This document shows positions 1 to 12,589 of a DNA stretch of 62,667 bases, one piece after another (position 1 is the first letter of the stretch; each line of letters begins with the position of its first letter). This stretch comes from Vicugna vicugna. Its lineage: Eukaryota. Made by a program: the position numbers and the translations under genes. The stretch is taken from contig MU058531.1 in assembly GCA_013265495.1 (NCBI GenBank), positions 1,170,678-1,233,344 on the forward strand. Reading direction: 5' to 3'. The notes beneath the pieces were generated by a model, which was not told the DNA's origin, made no database searches, and saw only the letters and a list, made by a program, of their open reading frames with translations.

Positions 1-27
1 CGGGCCCTAAGCCTCAGGTAGACAGGG

Positions 28-130
28 CCTGTGTTTCCCCCTGCTGCTGTATTGCTGGGGTGTAATGTAGTATCTGACACAAAGTAGGTGCCGAGTAAAT
101 GTTTTTTGACTGAATGATTGAGTGACTGAA
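28..130 (+). mobile_element. L2 LINE 3' end fragment
   Basis: tctgacacaaagtaggtgccgagtaaatgttttttgactgaatga resembles the L2 3' terminus (cctggcacatagtaggtgctcaataaat...tgaatgaatga). Confidence 0.6.
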
Positions 131-215
131 AAGTTCTTTTCAGCACTTTTCAAAACTGTTTTATTACATCTTATGTGAGTTACATAATTCTCACTTTAAA
201 AATGCCAATGAATGG

Positions 216-423
216 TCAGGGAACTATATACAATATCTTGTAATAACCATTACAATGAAAAAGCATATGAAAAGGAATATATGTATGTATGTATGTGTGT
301 GTGTGTGTGAGAGTGTATATATATATATATATGACTGAAACATTATGCTGTACACCAGAAGTTCACACAACACTGTGAACTGACTATACTTCAATAAAAA
401 CAAACCAACACAACAACAACAAA
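216..423 (+). mobile_element. 5'-truncated L1 3'UTR end with A-rich tail and an internal (TG)/(TA) microsatellite
   Basis: gggaactatatacaatatcttgtaataacc...tatgctgtacaccagaa...tatacttcaataaaaa is an L1 3'UTR. Degenerate TSD aaaaatgccaatgaatgg (198-215) / aaaaatgcctgtgactgg (421-438). Confidence 0.85.
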
Positions 424-1949
424 AATGCCTGTGACTGGGATTTGGAATTCATCAAGCAGAAATAGAAGATTTTCTTCAAAAGTTGGACCAAAATTCCATG
501 TCAGTGTGAAACTGCAAAGCCATTGTTGGCTCTGTTTAAAGGAGGGGGGCTGTTTACCCCAAGAAGCTAAGGAAAAGTAACTGTGAGTATCTGAGACTAT
601 TCTTGATAAGAATAGTGTGGCCTGTGCCACTCTCCTAACATTAATTTTGACCTACAGAGGTGGCCTCTGCCATTACACTCAGGACATGAAAGAGCTACCT
701 GGGAAACTTACCAGAACCCATGATGCGGGAGGAGCTGATACTGAAAATCTCTGTGTTCAGTGCTAAATTGGCAAGTCTTTCCCCATTAAGCCACAGGACA
801 TCTAGGCAGAAGAGAGCAAACTCAGAGAAAATCACACAGCTTTTGGACACCGTAACTCAGCATTTAATATGAATAAGCTTCTTAGCTCTCCTTTTAAAGT
901 TTTCTTCTTTAAATCCCAAGTAATTTTGCAAAAGGAACCATGAGATTGTGGGAGACTTTGGGATGATAACTAATGCATGATACCAAGAAGAGGCAAAAGA
1001 AAAAGATCAAAGATTCGTTTCACTAAGCTGGGTGGCACCTTGGCACCAGATCCTGGGAACAGATGCTGGCTGATTTGAATGAAAAAAGAGCCGAAGTAGC
1101 CAAAGATAAGAAATAATTGGCTAAAAGATACAAAGCCATACTTTTGATCGGGGACAATAAAGTTTTCCAAGCAGATGTCAGAATAAGTGACTTTAAAAAA
1201 AAAATAACCTCAGGGAAAACCAGGAGAAGAGAAGCATTGCTAAATATTTCCCCCCTGAAATTTGAATTAAGACATAGTCAGAGAAGAAGAGACCCTTTCC
1301 AAAGCCTCAGCAGGATAAATCAATCTAGTGGAGGCCTTTGTGTTCCTGGAGAATGATGTCAGAACCCATCCCAGGAAGAAGAAAGAGATGTTTGCACTAA
1401 AGGTCACTTGAGAACTATAAAGATAAATGCTATTTGTAATGACTTTAAAAGGCTTCCAGGAAGGAGAGGAGTCAACTAATTGTTTTAGAATCAGTGGAAA
1501 AGGAAAAATTCTCCTAGTTGAAAATTTTTATTTAGACATTCTTGAAAGTCTGTGACACTTTGAGGGGAAAGAACCCAGAAATATGATTATGGAAAAATTG
1601 TTATATTCTTTAACTGTTAAAAGTAGATTGTATGTTTACACATGTGTTGGTAATTTAAAAATAATTGAAAAGATTTCTGGCAGTAAGAAGTCAGGAACTA
1701 ACAATTCCTCCACCCTGGTTATTAATTGACTTTGAGAGTCCTTACGTCAACCAGATAATCATGCATGTGGAGATATCCAGATATATAGAGTTAAAAACAC
1801 TAGTCTGTGATTTGGAAGACCTAGGCTCACTTGTCAGCTCCATTGCCTGCTTTTTTTTTTTTTCAGTTGAATGAAAGATTCTTTAAATTCCATAGTGCTT
1901 TACAATTTTCAAAAGTTTCACACACATAATTTCATATAATTTCATAATA

Positions 1950-3584
1950 ATCCTTTTTCCCCTACCCTTATATTGCTCCTCACTGCTCCCTTTCCCTACT
2001 GGTAACCACTAGTTTGTTCTCTACATCTGTGAGTCTGCTTCTATTCTGTCATATTCACTAGTTTGTTGTATTCTTTAGATTCCACATATAAGTGATACAA
2101 TACAATATTTGTTTTTCTCCAACTTATTCTACTTAGCTCAATGCCCTCCAAGTCCATCCATGTTGCTGCAAATGGCAAAATTTCATTCTTTTTTATGGCT
2201 GAGTAGTATTCCACTGTATATATACACCGTATCTTCTTTATCCATTCATCTGTTGATGGACACTTAGATTGCTTTCATATCTTGGCAGTTGTAAATAATG
2301 CTGTTAAGAACATTTGGGATGCATGTATCTTTTCAAATTAGTGGTTTTGTTTTTTTCAGATATATACCCAGGAATGTAATTGCTGGGTCATTTGGTAGTT
2401 CTATTTTTAATTTTTTGAGACACCTCCATACTGTTTTCCATAGTGGCTGCACCAGTTTACATCCCCACCAACAGTGTTTTCCCCACATCCTCGCCAACAT
2501 TTGTTATTTGTGTTCTTTTTGATGATAGCCATTCTGATAGGTGTGAGGTGATAACTCATTGTGGTTTTGATTTGCATTTCCCTGATGATTAGTGATGTTG
2601 AGCATCTTTTCATGTGCTTGTTGGCCATCTGCATTTCCTCTTTGGAAAAATGTCTATTTAGTTCTTCTGTTCAATTTCAGTCACATTGTTTGTTTGTTTG
2701 TTTTGATGTTGAATTGTATGAGTTGTTTGTATATGTTGTGTATTAAACCCTTATCAGTCATATCATTTGAAAACATCTTCTCCCATTCAGAAGATTGTCT
2801 TTTCATTTTGTCAATGGTTTCCTTTGCTGTGCAAAAGCCTTTAAGTTTAATTAGGTTCTGTTTGTTTATTTTTGCTTCTGTTTCCCTTGCTTTAGGGGAT
2901 GGATCCAAAATATATTGCTGCTATTTATGTCAAAGAGTGTTCTACCTATGTTTTCCTCTAGGAGTTTTAGAGTATCCAGTCTTATATTTAGGTCCTTAAC
3001 TCATTTTGAGTTTATTTTTGTATATGGTGTTAGAAAATTTTCTAATTTCCTTCTTTTACATGTAGCTGTCCAATTTTCCCAGCACCACTTATTGAAGAGA
3101 CTGTCTTTTCTCCATTGTATATTCTTGCCTCCTTTGTCATAGATTAATTGATCATAAGTGTGTGGGTTCATTTCTGGGCTCTCTATTCTATTCCATTGAT
3201 CTATATGTCTTTTTTGTGCCAGTACCATACTGTTTTTACTACTGTGATTTTGTAGTATAGTTTGAAGTCAAGAGGCATGATTCCTCCAGCTCTGTTCCTT
3301 TCTCAGGATTGTTTTGGGTATTTGAGGTCTTTTGTGTTCCCATACAAATTTTTAATTATTTGTTCTAGTTCTGTGAAAAATGCCATTGGTATTTTGATAG
3401 GGATTGCATTGAATCCATAGATTGCCTTGGGTAGTATGGCCATTTTAACAATATTAATTCCTCCAACCCAAGAACATGGTATATCTTTCCGTTTGTGTTG
3501 TCTTCAATTTCTTTCATCAGTGTCTTATGGAATACAGGTCTTTTACCTCCTTAGGTAGCTTTACTCCTAGATACTTTATTCTTT
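1950..3584 (-). mobile_element. L1 fragment (ORF2 C-terminal part plus 3'UTR), decayed
   Basis: Minus-strand ORFs 2407-2634, 2681-2908 and 3001-3228 carry L1 ORF2p motifs ([44 protein letters not shown]) broken by frameshifts. Confidence 0.95.
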
Positions 3585-3619
3585 CGGTGAGATCAACTCC
3601 ATCACCTTCTAACAATGAG

Positions 3620-3750
3620 AACCACTACAGGTCATTTATCCTTTCAAAGCCTCAATCTCCTTATCAGTTAAATGAAGATAATGAGTGTTCCCTGCAGGGT
3701 TATTGTTAAATGAAGTCCCTAGTGTGGACACATAATAGGTGCTCACTTGA
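3620..3750 (+). mobile_element. MIR SINE
   Basis: MIR core-like gcctcaatctccttatcagttaaatgaagataat and 3' acacataataggtgctca. Confidence 0.65.
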
Positions 3751-3784
3751 TGTCCTTCAATCTGTTTCGCTTGAATCAACTTAG

Positions 3785-3988
3785 TAGAGCTAACTACATC
3801 AAGCACTTACCCAGTGTAAGTGCTTTATTCACACAACTTGGGTCTTCCCAACAGCCCTATGACTAGGGCAGGGATCCCCTTTTTACAGATGAGGAAACTG
3901 AGGCTTGGAAAGGTTAAAGAAACTTGCTCAGAATACAGCCTAGTGAGTAGTCAAGCCAGGCAGCCTGGCTCCAAACCCCTGCTCTTAC
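3785..3988 (-). mobile_element. MIR SINE
   Basis: Reverse MIR core ttttacagatgaggaaactgaggcttggaaaggttaaag. Confidence 0.85.
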
Positions 3989-4174
3989 CTGACCTGATAT
4001 CAGGGAGTGAGAGTGATATACAGACTTACATCCTCTCCTTTGTCTTTGCTCCTATTATGACACAGGGAATGAGATGAGGATTTCCTCACTCAGTAGGACA
4101 AAAAGCTACTGACCTCATTCCAATAACAAAAGTTAAAGAGAGTGGCCTTAAAAATAAAAGGCCAGTATAAAATA

Positions 4175-4360
4175 TAAAAAACACTTTATGGTCCAGGCAG
4201 TATTCTAGATGCTTTATTATATAGATTCATTCATTTTCACACCACCTTAGGAGATAGGTGCCACCATCTTCTCCACTTCATGGAGACTCTAAGCTAACAG
4301 GGTAGGGCTTGGACCAGCTGTTGGAGCTCCAGGGCCACACTCACCCTTACACTATACAGC
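4175..4360 (-). mobile_element. MIR SINE (degenerate)
   Basis: ccaggcagtattctagatgcttta...cacaccaccttaggagataggtgcc reverse-MIR pattern. Confidence 0.55.
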
Positions 4361-5329
4361 CTCTCAACTCTGGGCTTTCTGAAGCAAGCCAACAAGCTTG
4401 GAGCTGCCCTGGCTACATGTCAGGGGTGGGAGGAGCAATGTAGTTTCAGAACTGTCAACTGAAGTTGGGAGAAATATAATATTTATTGACAGCTTATGGT
4501 TTAAGTGAGTAGGGACATATTAAGTTAATATGTCCTACCTAGGGTTCCATGTCCTTGGACTTCACCAAAGATAATAACAGGGGTTTGTGGGGTATTTTTA
4601 GTATTTCAAAATGCTGATTAGTATGTCACAATCACATAAAACATAGTCTTTGTACATGGTAATGGAGACTTAAAGAAGAAAAATTTTAGGGACAAAATTC
4701 CTTTCTAGACTTGAGCAAGGTTTCAAGGATTCCTAACTCTAGAAACAAGTGAATTTTTGTCCTGTTAGAGTTGAAGTGAACCTTACAGATGTCAGATTTG
4801 CCTTAATAGAGAAGGTACCCCCATTATCGAAGAGAATTCAACAAGACTTAAAAAATTCAAGAAAAAAGTTGCCAACAGACATGAAAGGCAATTTTAGCTA
4901 TTTGCTTAGAATTGCCAGTCACTGTAGGAGCAGAAGAGGCATTTTTCTGCCAACTGGTTGAAGCTGGTGCCAGAATGATCCTGCTGTTTCTTAATTGTCC
5001 TAAAAGCTTGTAGCCAGCAATTTCCCTGCCAAGCCTGACCTCACTTTCATGTTTCTATAACATGCAGATCACGAAGTGTCCCATTCAAAGTGGGAAAACC
5101 AGAAACGACTTCCTTGTCCTTACTCTCTTTGGAACTCACCGCCTACTCTGTATAATGCCTCCCTGTAAAGTAATGCATCAGTGACCACCTCAAAACCTTA
5201 GGTACCATTTTCTTAAAAAAAAATCCTTGAGTACCTTTCAATGTCTGATTAATCCTTGTGGCAAACTTACAAGGTAAGAGAAGGGAAAACAGTGTTACTT
5301 CCAGTTCTGAGGAATAAGCTAACAGAATT

Positions 5330-5690
5330 ATGACTGATGGACATAAAAATCTCTGTGTGACATATTCAATAGAAAATTACAGGTGAAATATAGAGTATGG
5401 TCTCATTTTCGTAAAAAAGAAAAGCTACTTAATAACTACGTGTGTGCACATACATGTACCTATGTGTGTGTGTGTGTATGTGTATGGGGGCGCTGTTGAA
5501 CCATGGCAAAATAATCTTGCAGCATACACTGTAGTATAATAAACAGTGACTTCCCAAGGCTGGGTGAGTAAAAGGCCCTATAAATAAGACTGTTCACTTT
5601 CACATTTATGTATCTTCATGTTGTTTTGACATTTTGTGATAAATGTTACTTTATTTTTACAAATTTAAAAATAATTGTGAAAAAGGAAAA
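5330..5690 (+). mobile_element. Ancient L1 (L1ME-like) 3'UTR remnant
   Basis: Degenerate L1M 3'UTR phrases, internal TG repeat, ends in ttactttatttttac...ataatt followed by an A-rich tract. Confidence 0.45.
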
Positions 5691-6121
5691 AAGTTTGAAG
5701 TAGATGATAAATGTCCCACACAATGGACAGCCTTGTCTAGTTTATCCTGTTGGACTCATATTTTCAGGAGTGATTTTGAAGAGATGTTGGAACAACCTGT
5801 TCCATCTCTGCAAGAAAATAGTTGCATGGCCTCTGAGTCCTGTGAAAAGGCAACCTTCTGCTCAACCGTTCTTGGAGGCTTTGCTCCTGAATGGAATGGA
5901 GTCTGAGTTGGGATGATCAAAGGATTCCATTGACCATCTCTTTGGCTCCATGGAAGTCTTTGAGGAGAAAAATTTAGATTCCAAAAAGCAGAGTACAGTC
6001 TTCATGATTTATTGAGATTTTTGTAAAAGTCTTTGATAGGATTCCATAATAAAGGCAATTTGGGGATGAATAATTCACATGGCAAAGTCCTTCCAGCCCA
6101 GTAGGAATGTGACCAGGGAAC

Positions 6122-6320
6122 TGTGGTTTAGTAGAAAGAACAAACATCTGGGCTTTGACAGAGTTGCATTCAAATCCTAACTACTGCTTAAGAGCGGTTT
6201 GGCCTCAGATGCCTGCTTAATTTCTGTGAAACTCTCTGTCCTCTGCTATAAGATGGAATAACAAGGGTGAGGGGTTACATGTAAAGGGCATGCACAATAC
6301 CTGGCTTATGGTAGGTGTTA
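6122..6320 (+). mobile_element. MIR SINE
   Basis: gtggtttagtagaaagaaca...ttcaaatcctaactact...tgtaaagggcatgcacaatacctggcttatggtaggtg. Confidence 0.7.
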
Positions 6321-6949
6321 TAGAAATTTGAGGCTTCCCAATAATAATTTTGAAAAGTGTAAATGAGCTTTAATCTATAGTGATACTTACAGTGAACAAT
6401 TAAGGGAATTTAGAATGTGAATGCCATTTTGACAGCCCCTAGAAAGACTGGCAGGTAATGGCAATGGTTCTGTCCATGGTCTAGTTTCCTGTCTGTCTGT
6501 TACGTTTCCTATCTGGCCAGATTAATCTATCACACTGTGCAAAAACTACCTGAAATATGTCTTATCAGGGAAGGGCCAACAGTGTTAGTTCTGCGTAGGA
6601 AACAACCAACATGCAAAAAGTAGAAACTGACCCATTTGTAGACTTATTTGGAATGGGGTTGTGTTTGCGCCCAGCTCTGCCATCTTCTCCAACATTCTGA
6701 ATCAAACAGAGAAGTTAAAGCCTTTTACATTTCTCAGGGACATTTTTCTGATGACTAGACTTGGCCCTGGAAGGTGAAACCAGAACAAAGGAAAATCTCT
6801 TGGCAGTTATTGGATAGGAGGCAAATAGATGACAGGCATTTCAATATGACAAATTCAGAGAAAGCACTTGGGAAGAACTAAACCAAACCATATCTAGAGG
6901 ATAAGTGACTGTAGGTTCTCCAACACAGCCTTGGAAAGGCATCTGGGTG

Positions 6950-7055
6950 TCACTCATTCAGTTCATATTTGTGAGCAAGATGCCACCTGAGGCCCCATGG
7001 GAGATTCAAAGATGGATAAACATAGGTCTTGCCCTCTAAGAACTCACAGTCTTGT
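6950..7055 (-). mobile_element. L2 3' fragment
   Basis: cactcattcagttcatatttgtgagc...ggtcttgccctctaagaactcacagtct. Confidence 0.6.
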
Positions 7056-7989
7056 AAAATTGCAGAAGACACTGACTCACTAGCTCATCAAAGATTAAAA
7101 TGTACTGATTTTTATCTTCATCAAATTGCTTCCCTGGAGAATGTTTTCTTCTTCTACCATTAGCTGCCATGGGTGCTTTCACAGGGAAAAGAGCTCCATA
7201 TCTTGTGACAAACAATCAAAAAGGTGCAGAAGAGGACCACAGTGACCCTCCGTGAGGTCGCCATCCTGGGGCTCCAACCTTGCTTCTTTATTTTCCATCT
7301 CGCTTCCTTCCTACAAGTTGACTTCTAGCAGTATCACAGCCAGGTCATTGATTTGGACAAGTGACTTTACAACGTTAGGAATATTGGGACACCTCTCAGG
7401 GAAGCCTGGGTCAGGACTAGGAAGTTTTAGAATCCATCCTTTTCTAGCACAGCTACATTTTGGTATGGCTCCTTGAGTCTGAATCTTTCTTCCCAGTCCC
7501 ACTTGCTGCTACATCTCTCCAAAAGCTGAAGACTTTCCCTCAGCTCTCCTAGTCCTGTAGCAGCTTCCCCATTTGCTCTGCCCTTCAGAAACCACTCTGA
7601 GATCCTGAGAAAATAAGTATCGTGAGTCCTCTGGAGGCCATCAGGGTGATGTTGATGTTCCCTGATCAGCACATCCCAAAGTTCTCCCCTGAACCTGCTC
7701 CCCACAGGCGGGTTTCCATAACTCTTTCTCCTCTAACGGCTGTCAGCACCTCATGCCTGCACTCTTATTTCAAAGCGTTTGCCTGGCCAGTTTGACTTTA
7801 ACTGTATTTATGTAGACTGATAATCTGGTCGTTTGTGTTGTCATGCTGTCTCCATGGCTACAGGTGAGTCAGTTCATTTCTCCAAGCTTCAGGTGACTGG
7901 ATGGGAAAAACTCCATCACTGGCAAAGGTGAGTTCACTGGGAACTCACACGCAAACATACACATATACACATTTTCTCAGAAGGAGTTA

Positions 7990-9650
7990 AGAAGGTGGGT
8001 TGAATCTCAACTCCACTGTTTACTAGCACGTATACTCTTGGGCAAGTTACTTCTTTGAGTCTCAGTGTCTTCATCTGTGAAATGGAGAGAATATCACCTC
8101 CCTCAAGGGGTTCTATAAAAATGAATGGAATCTTTTGTTTTGGGTAATATGGCCATTTGATAATGTTGATTCTTCCAATCCAAGAGCACAAGATATCTTT
8201 CCATTTCTTTGTACCATATTCATTCATCAATGTTTTACAGTTTTCAGAGTATAGGTAACCTCCTTGGTTAGGTTTATTTCCAGGTATTTTGTTATTTTTG
8301 ATGCAACAGAAGTGTAGAAAATTCTGGGTTTTTAAGTGAAAAAAAAGCAAATGAAGGGCCACAAATGGCAAAATATTCTTTTTTGTGAGTGGGTTATATT
8401 CCATTGCATATATGCTACCTCTTCTTTATACATTAATCTATTCATGTGCACTTAAGATGCTTCCATCTGGCAATTATAAATAATGTTGCTGTTAATAGCA
8501 GGGTGTATGAATCTTTTTGAATTAACATTTTTGTTTTTCTTGGATATATGCCTGAAAGGGGAATTGCTGGGCCATATGATGGTTCTATTTTTAGGTTTTT
8601 GAGAAACTTCCATATTGTTTTCCATAGTGGCTGCACCAATTTACATTCCCACCAACAGTGTGCAAGGGTTCCCTTTTCTCCGCATCCTTGCCAACATTTG
8701 ATATTTGTGTTCTTTTTGACGATGGCCATTCTGACAGGTGTCAGATAATATCTCATTGTAATTTTGATTTGCATTGTCCTAGTATTAGTGATGTTGAGCA
8801 ACTTTTCATGTTCCTGTTGACCATCTGCATTTCCTCTTTTGGAAAAATGTCTGTTCAGTTCTTCTGTCCGTATTTTAAATAGATTGGTTGTTTGTTTGTT
8901 TGCTTTTTAATTGAAGTACAGTTGATTTAAAACATAAAATAAAATATAGATTGTGTTGTTATTTTAAAAAAAGAATTACATTTCTTCTATATGGCTCCAC
9001 ACAGTAGAAATAGCATCAATATGTCTGTGAGTCTGTTTCTGTTTTGTAAATAAGCTTGTCTTTTTTCTTAGATTCCACATATAAGTGATATCATATGGTA
9101 TTTTTCTTTCTCTTTCTGGCTTACTTCACTTAGAATTATAACTCCAGGTCCATCCATGTTGCTGCAAATGGCATTATTTTATTCTTTTTATGGCTGAGTA
9201 GTATTCCATTGTATAAATATACCACAACTTCTTTATCCAGTCATCTGTCAATGGACATTTAGGTTGTATCCATGCTTTGGCAGGTACTAATTAATATGTA
9301 TATATATTATTTTATTTATTATTATTTATTTATTATATATATAATAATATATAATATATATATTATTTATATATATAAAATAGATAAATAACAGGCTCAG
9401 ACTGTATAGCACAGGGAACTATATTCAATATCTTTAGTAACTTATGGTGAAAAAGAATATGAAAATGAATATATGTATGTTCATGTATGACTGAAGCATT
9501 ATGCTGTGCACCAGAAATTGACACAACATTGTAAACTTCAATAAAAAAATATAAATGTATATACAAAAAAATGAATGGAATCTTCTAGGCAAAGCACTTG
9601 GGATTGAGCCTGGCACGGAGGAAGAATTTAATAAAAGTCAGTGCCTATCA
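7990..9650 (+). mobile_element. MIR SINE split in two (about 7990-8134 and 9567-9650) by an L1-mediated insertion
   Basis: MIR core ctcagtgtcttcatctgtgaaatggag before the insertion and MIR 3' part aaagcacttgggattgagcctggcac after it. Confidence 0.8.
8135..9566. mobile_element. Composite L1 insertion: older minus-strand L1 pieces, inverted young L1 segment (about 9020-9280, minus) and sense L1 3' end (about 9281-9566, plus)
   Basis: Perfect 18-bp direct repeat aaaaatgaatggaatctt at 8117-8134 and 9567-9584. ORF2 motifs WKDILCSWIGRINII and [14 protein letters not shown] on the minus strand; plus-strand 3'UTR with A-rich tail. Confidence 0.88.
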
Positions 9651-9994
9651 CATGCTCTCCTAAGCCTCCCTCCCTTCACTCTTCTTTCCTTCCTTCTTTT
9701 CTGTCATTTTAACTGACTTCCTCTTTAGGTTTTTCCTCTTTTTTTTCGCATTTCCACTGAAAGTGGAAGAGGGCTGGGAAGAGAATGGATTTGTGTCCCT
9801 TAAAGGTGCCAACCTGCACCAATTAAGGAATCGCACTGCTTCTGCCCACACTATTCTTGCCTTGGGGGCCAAAAAAGACAATATGATTAAACTGCAGAAC
9901 TGGTCCTGAAGTTAACTGAGACCATCTAACCATTTAAATCACAACTTGTAGCCAAGTCAGGGGCTAAGGATAGCGTCCAATGTAAATCAGCTCA

Positions 9995-10610
9995 CATCCC
10001 TGCCCACTCAATGCCCTCCTCCCACCCCGTATCACTTTGAGTCAAAGCCAGTGTTCTTGTGATGGCCTCCAAGGCCCTCCATGATTTGGCCCATGATCCT
10101 TCTCTGACCTCATTCTTCCCCTTTCCCTACGACTATTCACGCCACTCTACTCACAACGACACAGAGCAAGGACAGTGCTGTTCCCCTGGCCTGGAAGAGC
10201 ATGGCCTCTCTTGAAAGTGAGGGCAAATCCTGACAGCTGGATGCTGTTGGATAACTGCACTCTCAGTATCTGAAGAGCAAGTTCCTTCTTAAAGGAGAAG
10301 CCAAGTGGTTTATACCACAGCTGCCACTGTCCCCAAAATAATTTTTCCAGGAGGCTTTCGCCACCCCTGCCTGCCAATCACGTCTGGGCTGGATGTCCTA
10401 ACCGTGTCTCTCCCAGCACCCTGTACTTCTGTGTCACTGCACATTCATTTAATGCAAGGGCCGATCCACTTGTCTCTATCCCCCACTGGACTGAAGATGG
10501 CGGCTGTGTAATTTTATTCACCATTTTATCCCTAACCCTAACTAGGATTTGGCACATAGAAGACATTCAGCAGATGGCTGTTGAATGAAAATATAAATGA
10601 ATAAATGATA
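9995..10610 (+). mobile_element. L2 LINE 3' region
   Basis: tggcctccaaggccctccatgatttggccc...; terminal tggcacatagaagacattcagc...gttgaatgaa. Confidence 0.7.
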
Positions 10611-11119
10611 ACCAGCTGCCTCTATTCCCTTAACCTGCTGCGGAATTAATAAACTAATCTTGAACCCAGCAGACAGATGAAAATAAAGGTATCGTCGAGG
10701 ACTACCGGGCCAGCCCTTCCAGACTGGTGGCCATCCTCACCTTGCTGATTTATTTAATAATTTGCTGCTACTTTGACTTTGGATGTGGTTGTGAAACTAT
10801 AATGTAACTTGAGGGAAAGCTTTCAAATTTCTAAGTCTGGGGGACCTGCTGAGGACATGGAACTTAAAAGGGCTTAGAAGAAATTCGTCGAATGTGCACA
10901 CGCATGCAAAACACACACACACACACACCACTTTGTAAACATCTCTTAGTTTCCACAGTGAAATCTCCAAATTCCACAATGAAATTTATGTCTCAGACTG
11001 ATTAGCCCCAGACATTCCAACCCCATGGCTGAGCCAGAGATGATACGGGCATCCTTGTAAAGATCTGCAGGAAAATAGGAGAGAAGGACTCATTCTTTCC
11101 CCCTAGACCATCATATGTT

Positions 11120-11287
11120 TATAAACCTTGGCTGTGTGACAGAAACACCCCGTGGGCTTTTTAAAATGCCAGTGCCCGGGCCATACCTGATACCAGTGAC
11201 ATCCGAACTTCTACAGGTGGGAAGCAGAGAATGATAGTTTTAAGCGCCCCACATGCTTCCATTGTGCACTAGGATGAGAACCACTGT
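11120..11287. mobile_element. MER5-type hAT-Charlie non-autonomous DNA transposon
   Basis: aaaccttggctg...ttaaaatgccagtgcccgggcc...tgagaaccactg terminal motif. Confidence 0.7.
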
Positions 11288-11549
11288 TCTGGGTTCTACC
11301 TCTCATTGAACTTCATTGAGCCCTACTGTGTGCCAGGCATTGTATGAGGCCCCATTTGCCCTTAATTCGTTGATATGAAATGGTATGTCATCCATTTTAC
11401 AAGGACTGACCTGCACCCTGCAAGGGAACCAATTTTACCAGCTCTCATTCTTTATACTGTCAGGGCCCAGGAAGAGTAAGAAAAAAACAATTGTGTATAC
11501 TTATTCAGCTAGCCCCTTAACATCTGAAGAGAATCCTTTAGCTCCATTT

Positions 11550-11689
11550 TTTTTATTGAAGTATAGTCAGTTTACAATGCAGCGTCTATTTCTGGTGTAC
11601 AGCATAATGTTTCAGTCATACATATATATACATATATCCCTTTTCATATTCTTTTTCATTATAACTTACAGACATAGAAAACAAACTTA
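11550..11689 (-). mobile_element. Very short L1 3' end with a ~25-bp 5' inversion
   Basis: PolyT + attgaagtatagtcagtttacaatg (reverse L1 terminus), then sense L1 3'UTR cttacagacatagaaaacaaactt. TSD tagctccattt (11539-11549) / tagttccattt (11690-11700). Confidence 0.8.
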
Positions 11690-12589
11690 TAGTTCCATTT
11701 GTTAAAGAACATTGGAATGAAAGCCTTTCCATAGATGAATTCTACAGAGTTTGATTTATACACTTCAATTTACACGGGATGGGATAAAAATTATGAATGT
11801 TTAGGAGATCACAGCATTCTCTCTCCACCTTTGGCCACCCAGCTTCTTATTTCTCCCTCACTTTCTACGTTAAAAAAAAAAAAAGGAAAGGAAAACAAAA
11901 TCCAACTGTCATGAGAAAAGCAGTTATTCGAGAACACAACCCTCAATCCGTAGGGAGATTTGCGGGACTTGGGGTGGGGGGGTGACTCACCTGGAGCCCT
12001 TGTAGAACCACACCTGGAGAGAGAAGAGTCGGGACCCACGGACCAGGGCGACAGAGACAGGGCAGAAGAAAGAAACTCCAAAGAATTTAGGGATGATAAA
12101 GATAGAAGAGGACAAGAGATTGTAATGAATTTCTAAAACCTAGGTTTGGGGACCACCTTAAATGTATGTAGAGCGTGCAGTGTGAAAACGAAAACTTTTG
12201 TGAGAACCACGGTACCCAACTCTAACCTCCCCTGGGCGGGACTGCAAAGGAGGTGCCTTTGGGGGGTTACGGGGACGGACGTGCTCTGCGTGCAGATCCA
12301 CGACATAGACTCAGCCTCCTAACTCCCACCTGCTCACCGGATAGCGCGCAGACATACCAGGAGTGACTGCCGGGACGGGACTGCCCTGCTTCCGAGGGAA
12401 GTCTCTTCTGACACTGATTCTTCACCTTCTCACCTTCCCCTCTGACTCCGCCTGCCCACGTCTGCTTCTTAGGCACACTGGTTGCGTCCTAGTATCCGTG
12501 TCACATAAACACAGAGTTGCCCCCGTGTATACTGTAGTTGTAGATGCAGTGCCACATCCTCTCATCCTCAAAGCTGTGCAAGAGCCGCG

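Noticed and set aside
9290..9380. AT-only stretch as a functional element
   Set aside because: It is an expansion of the tatata motif inside the L1 3'UTR.
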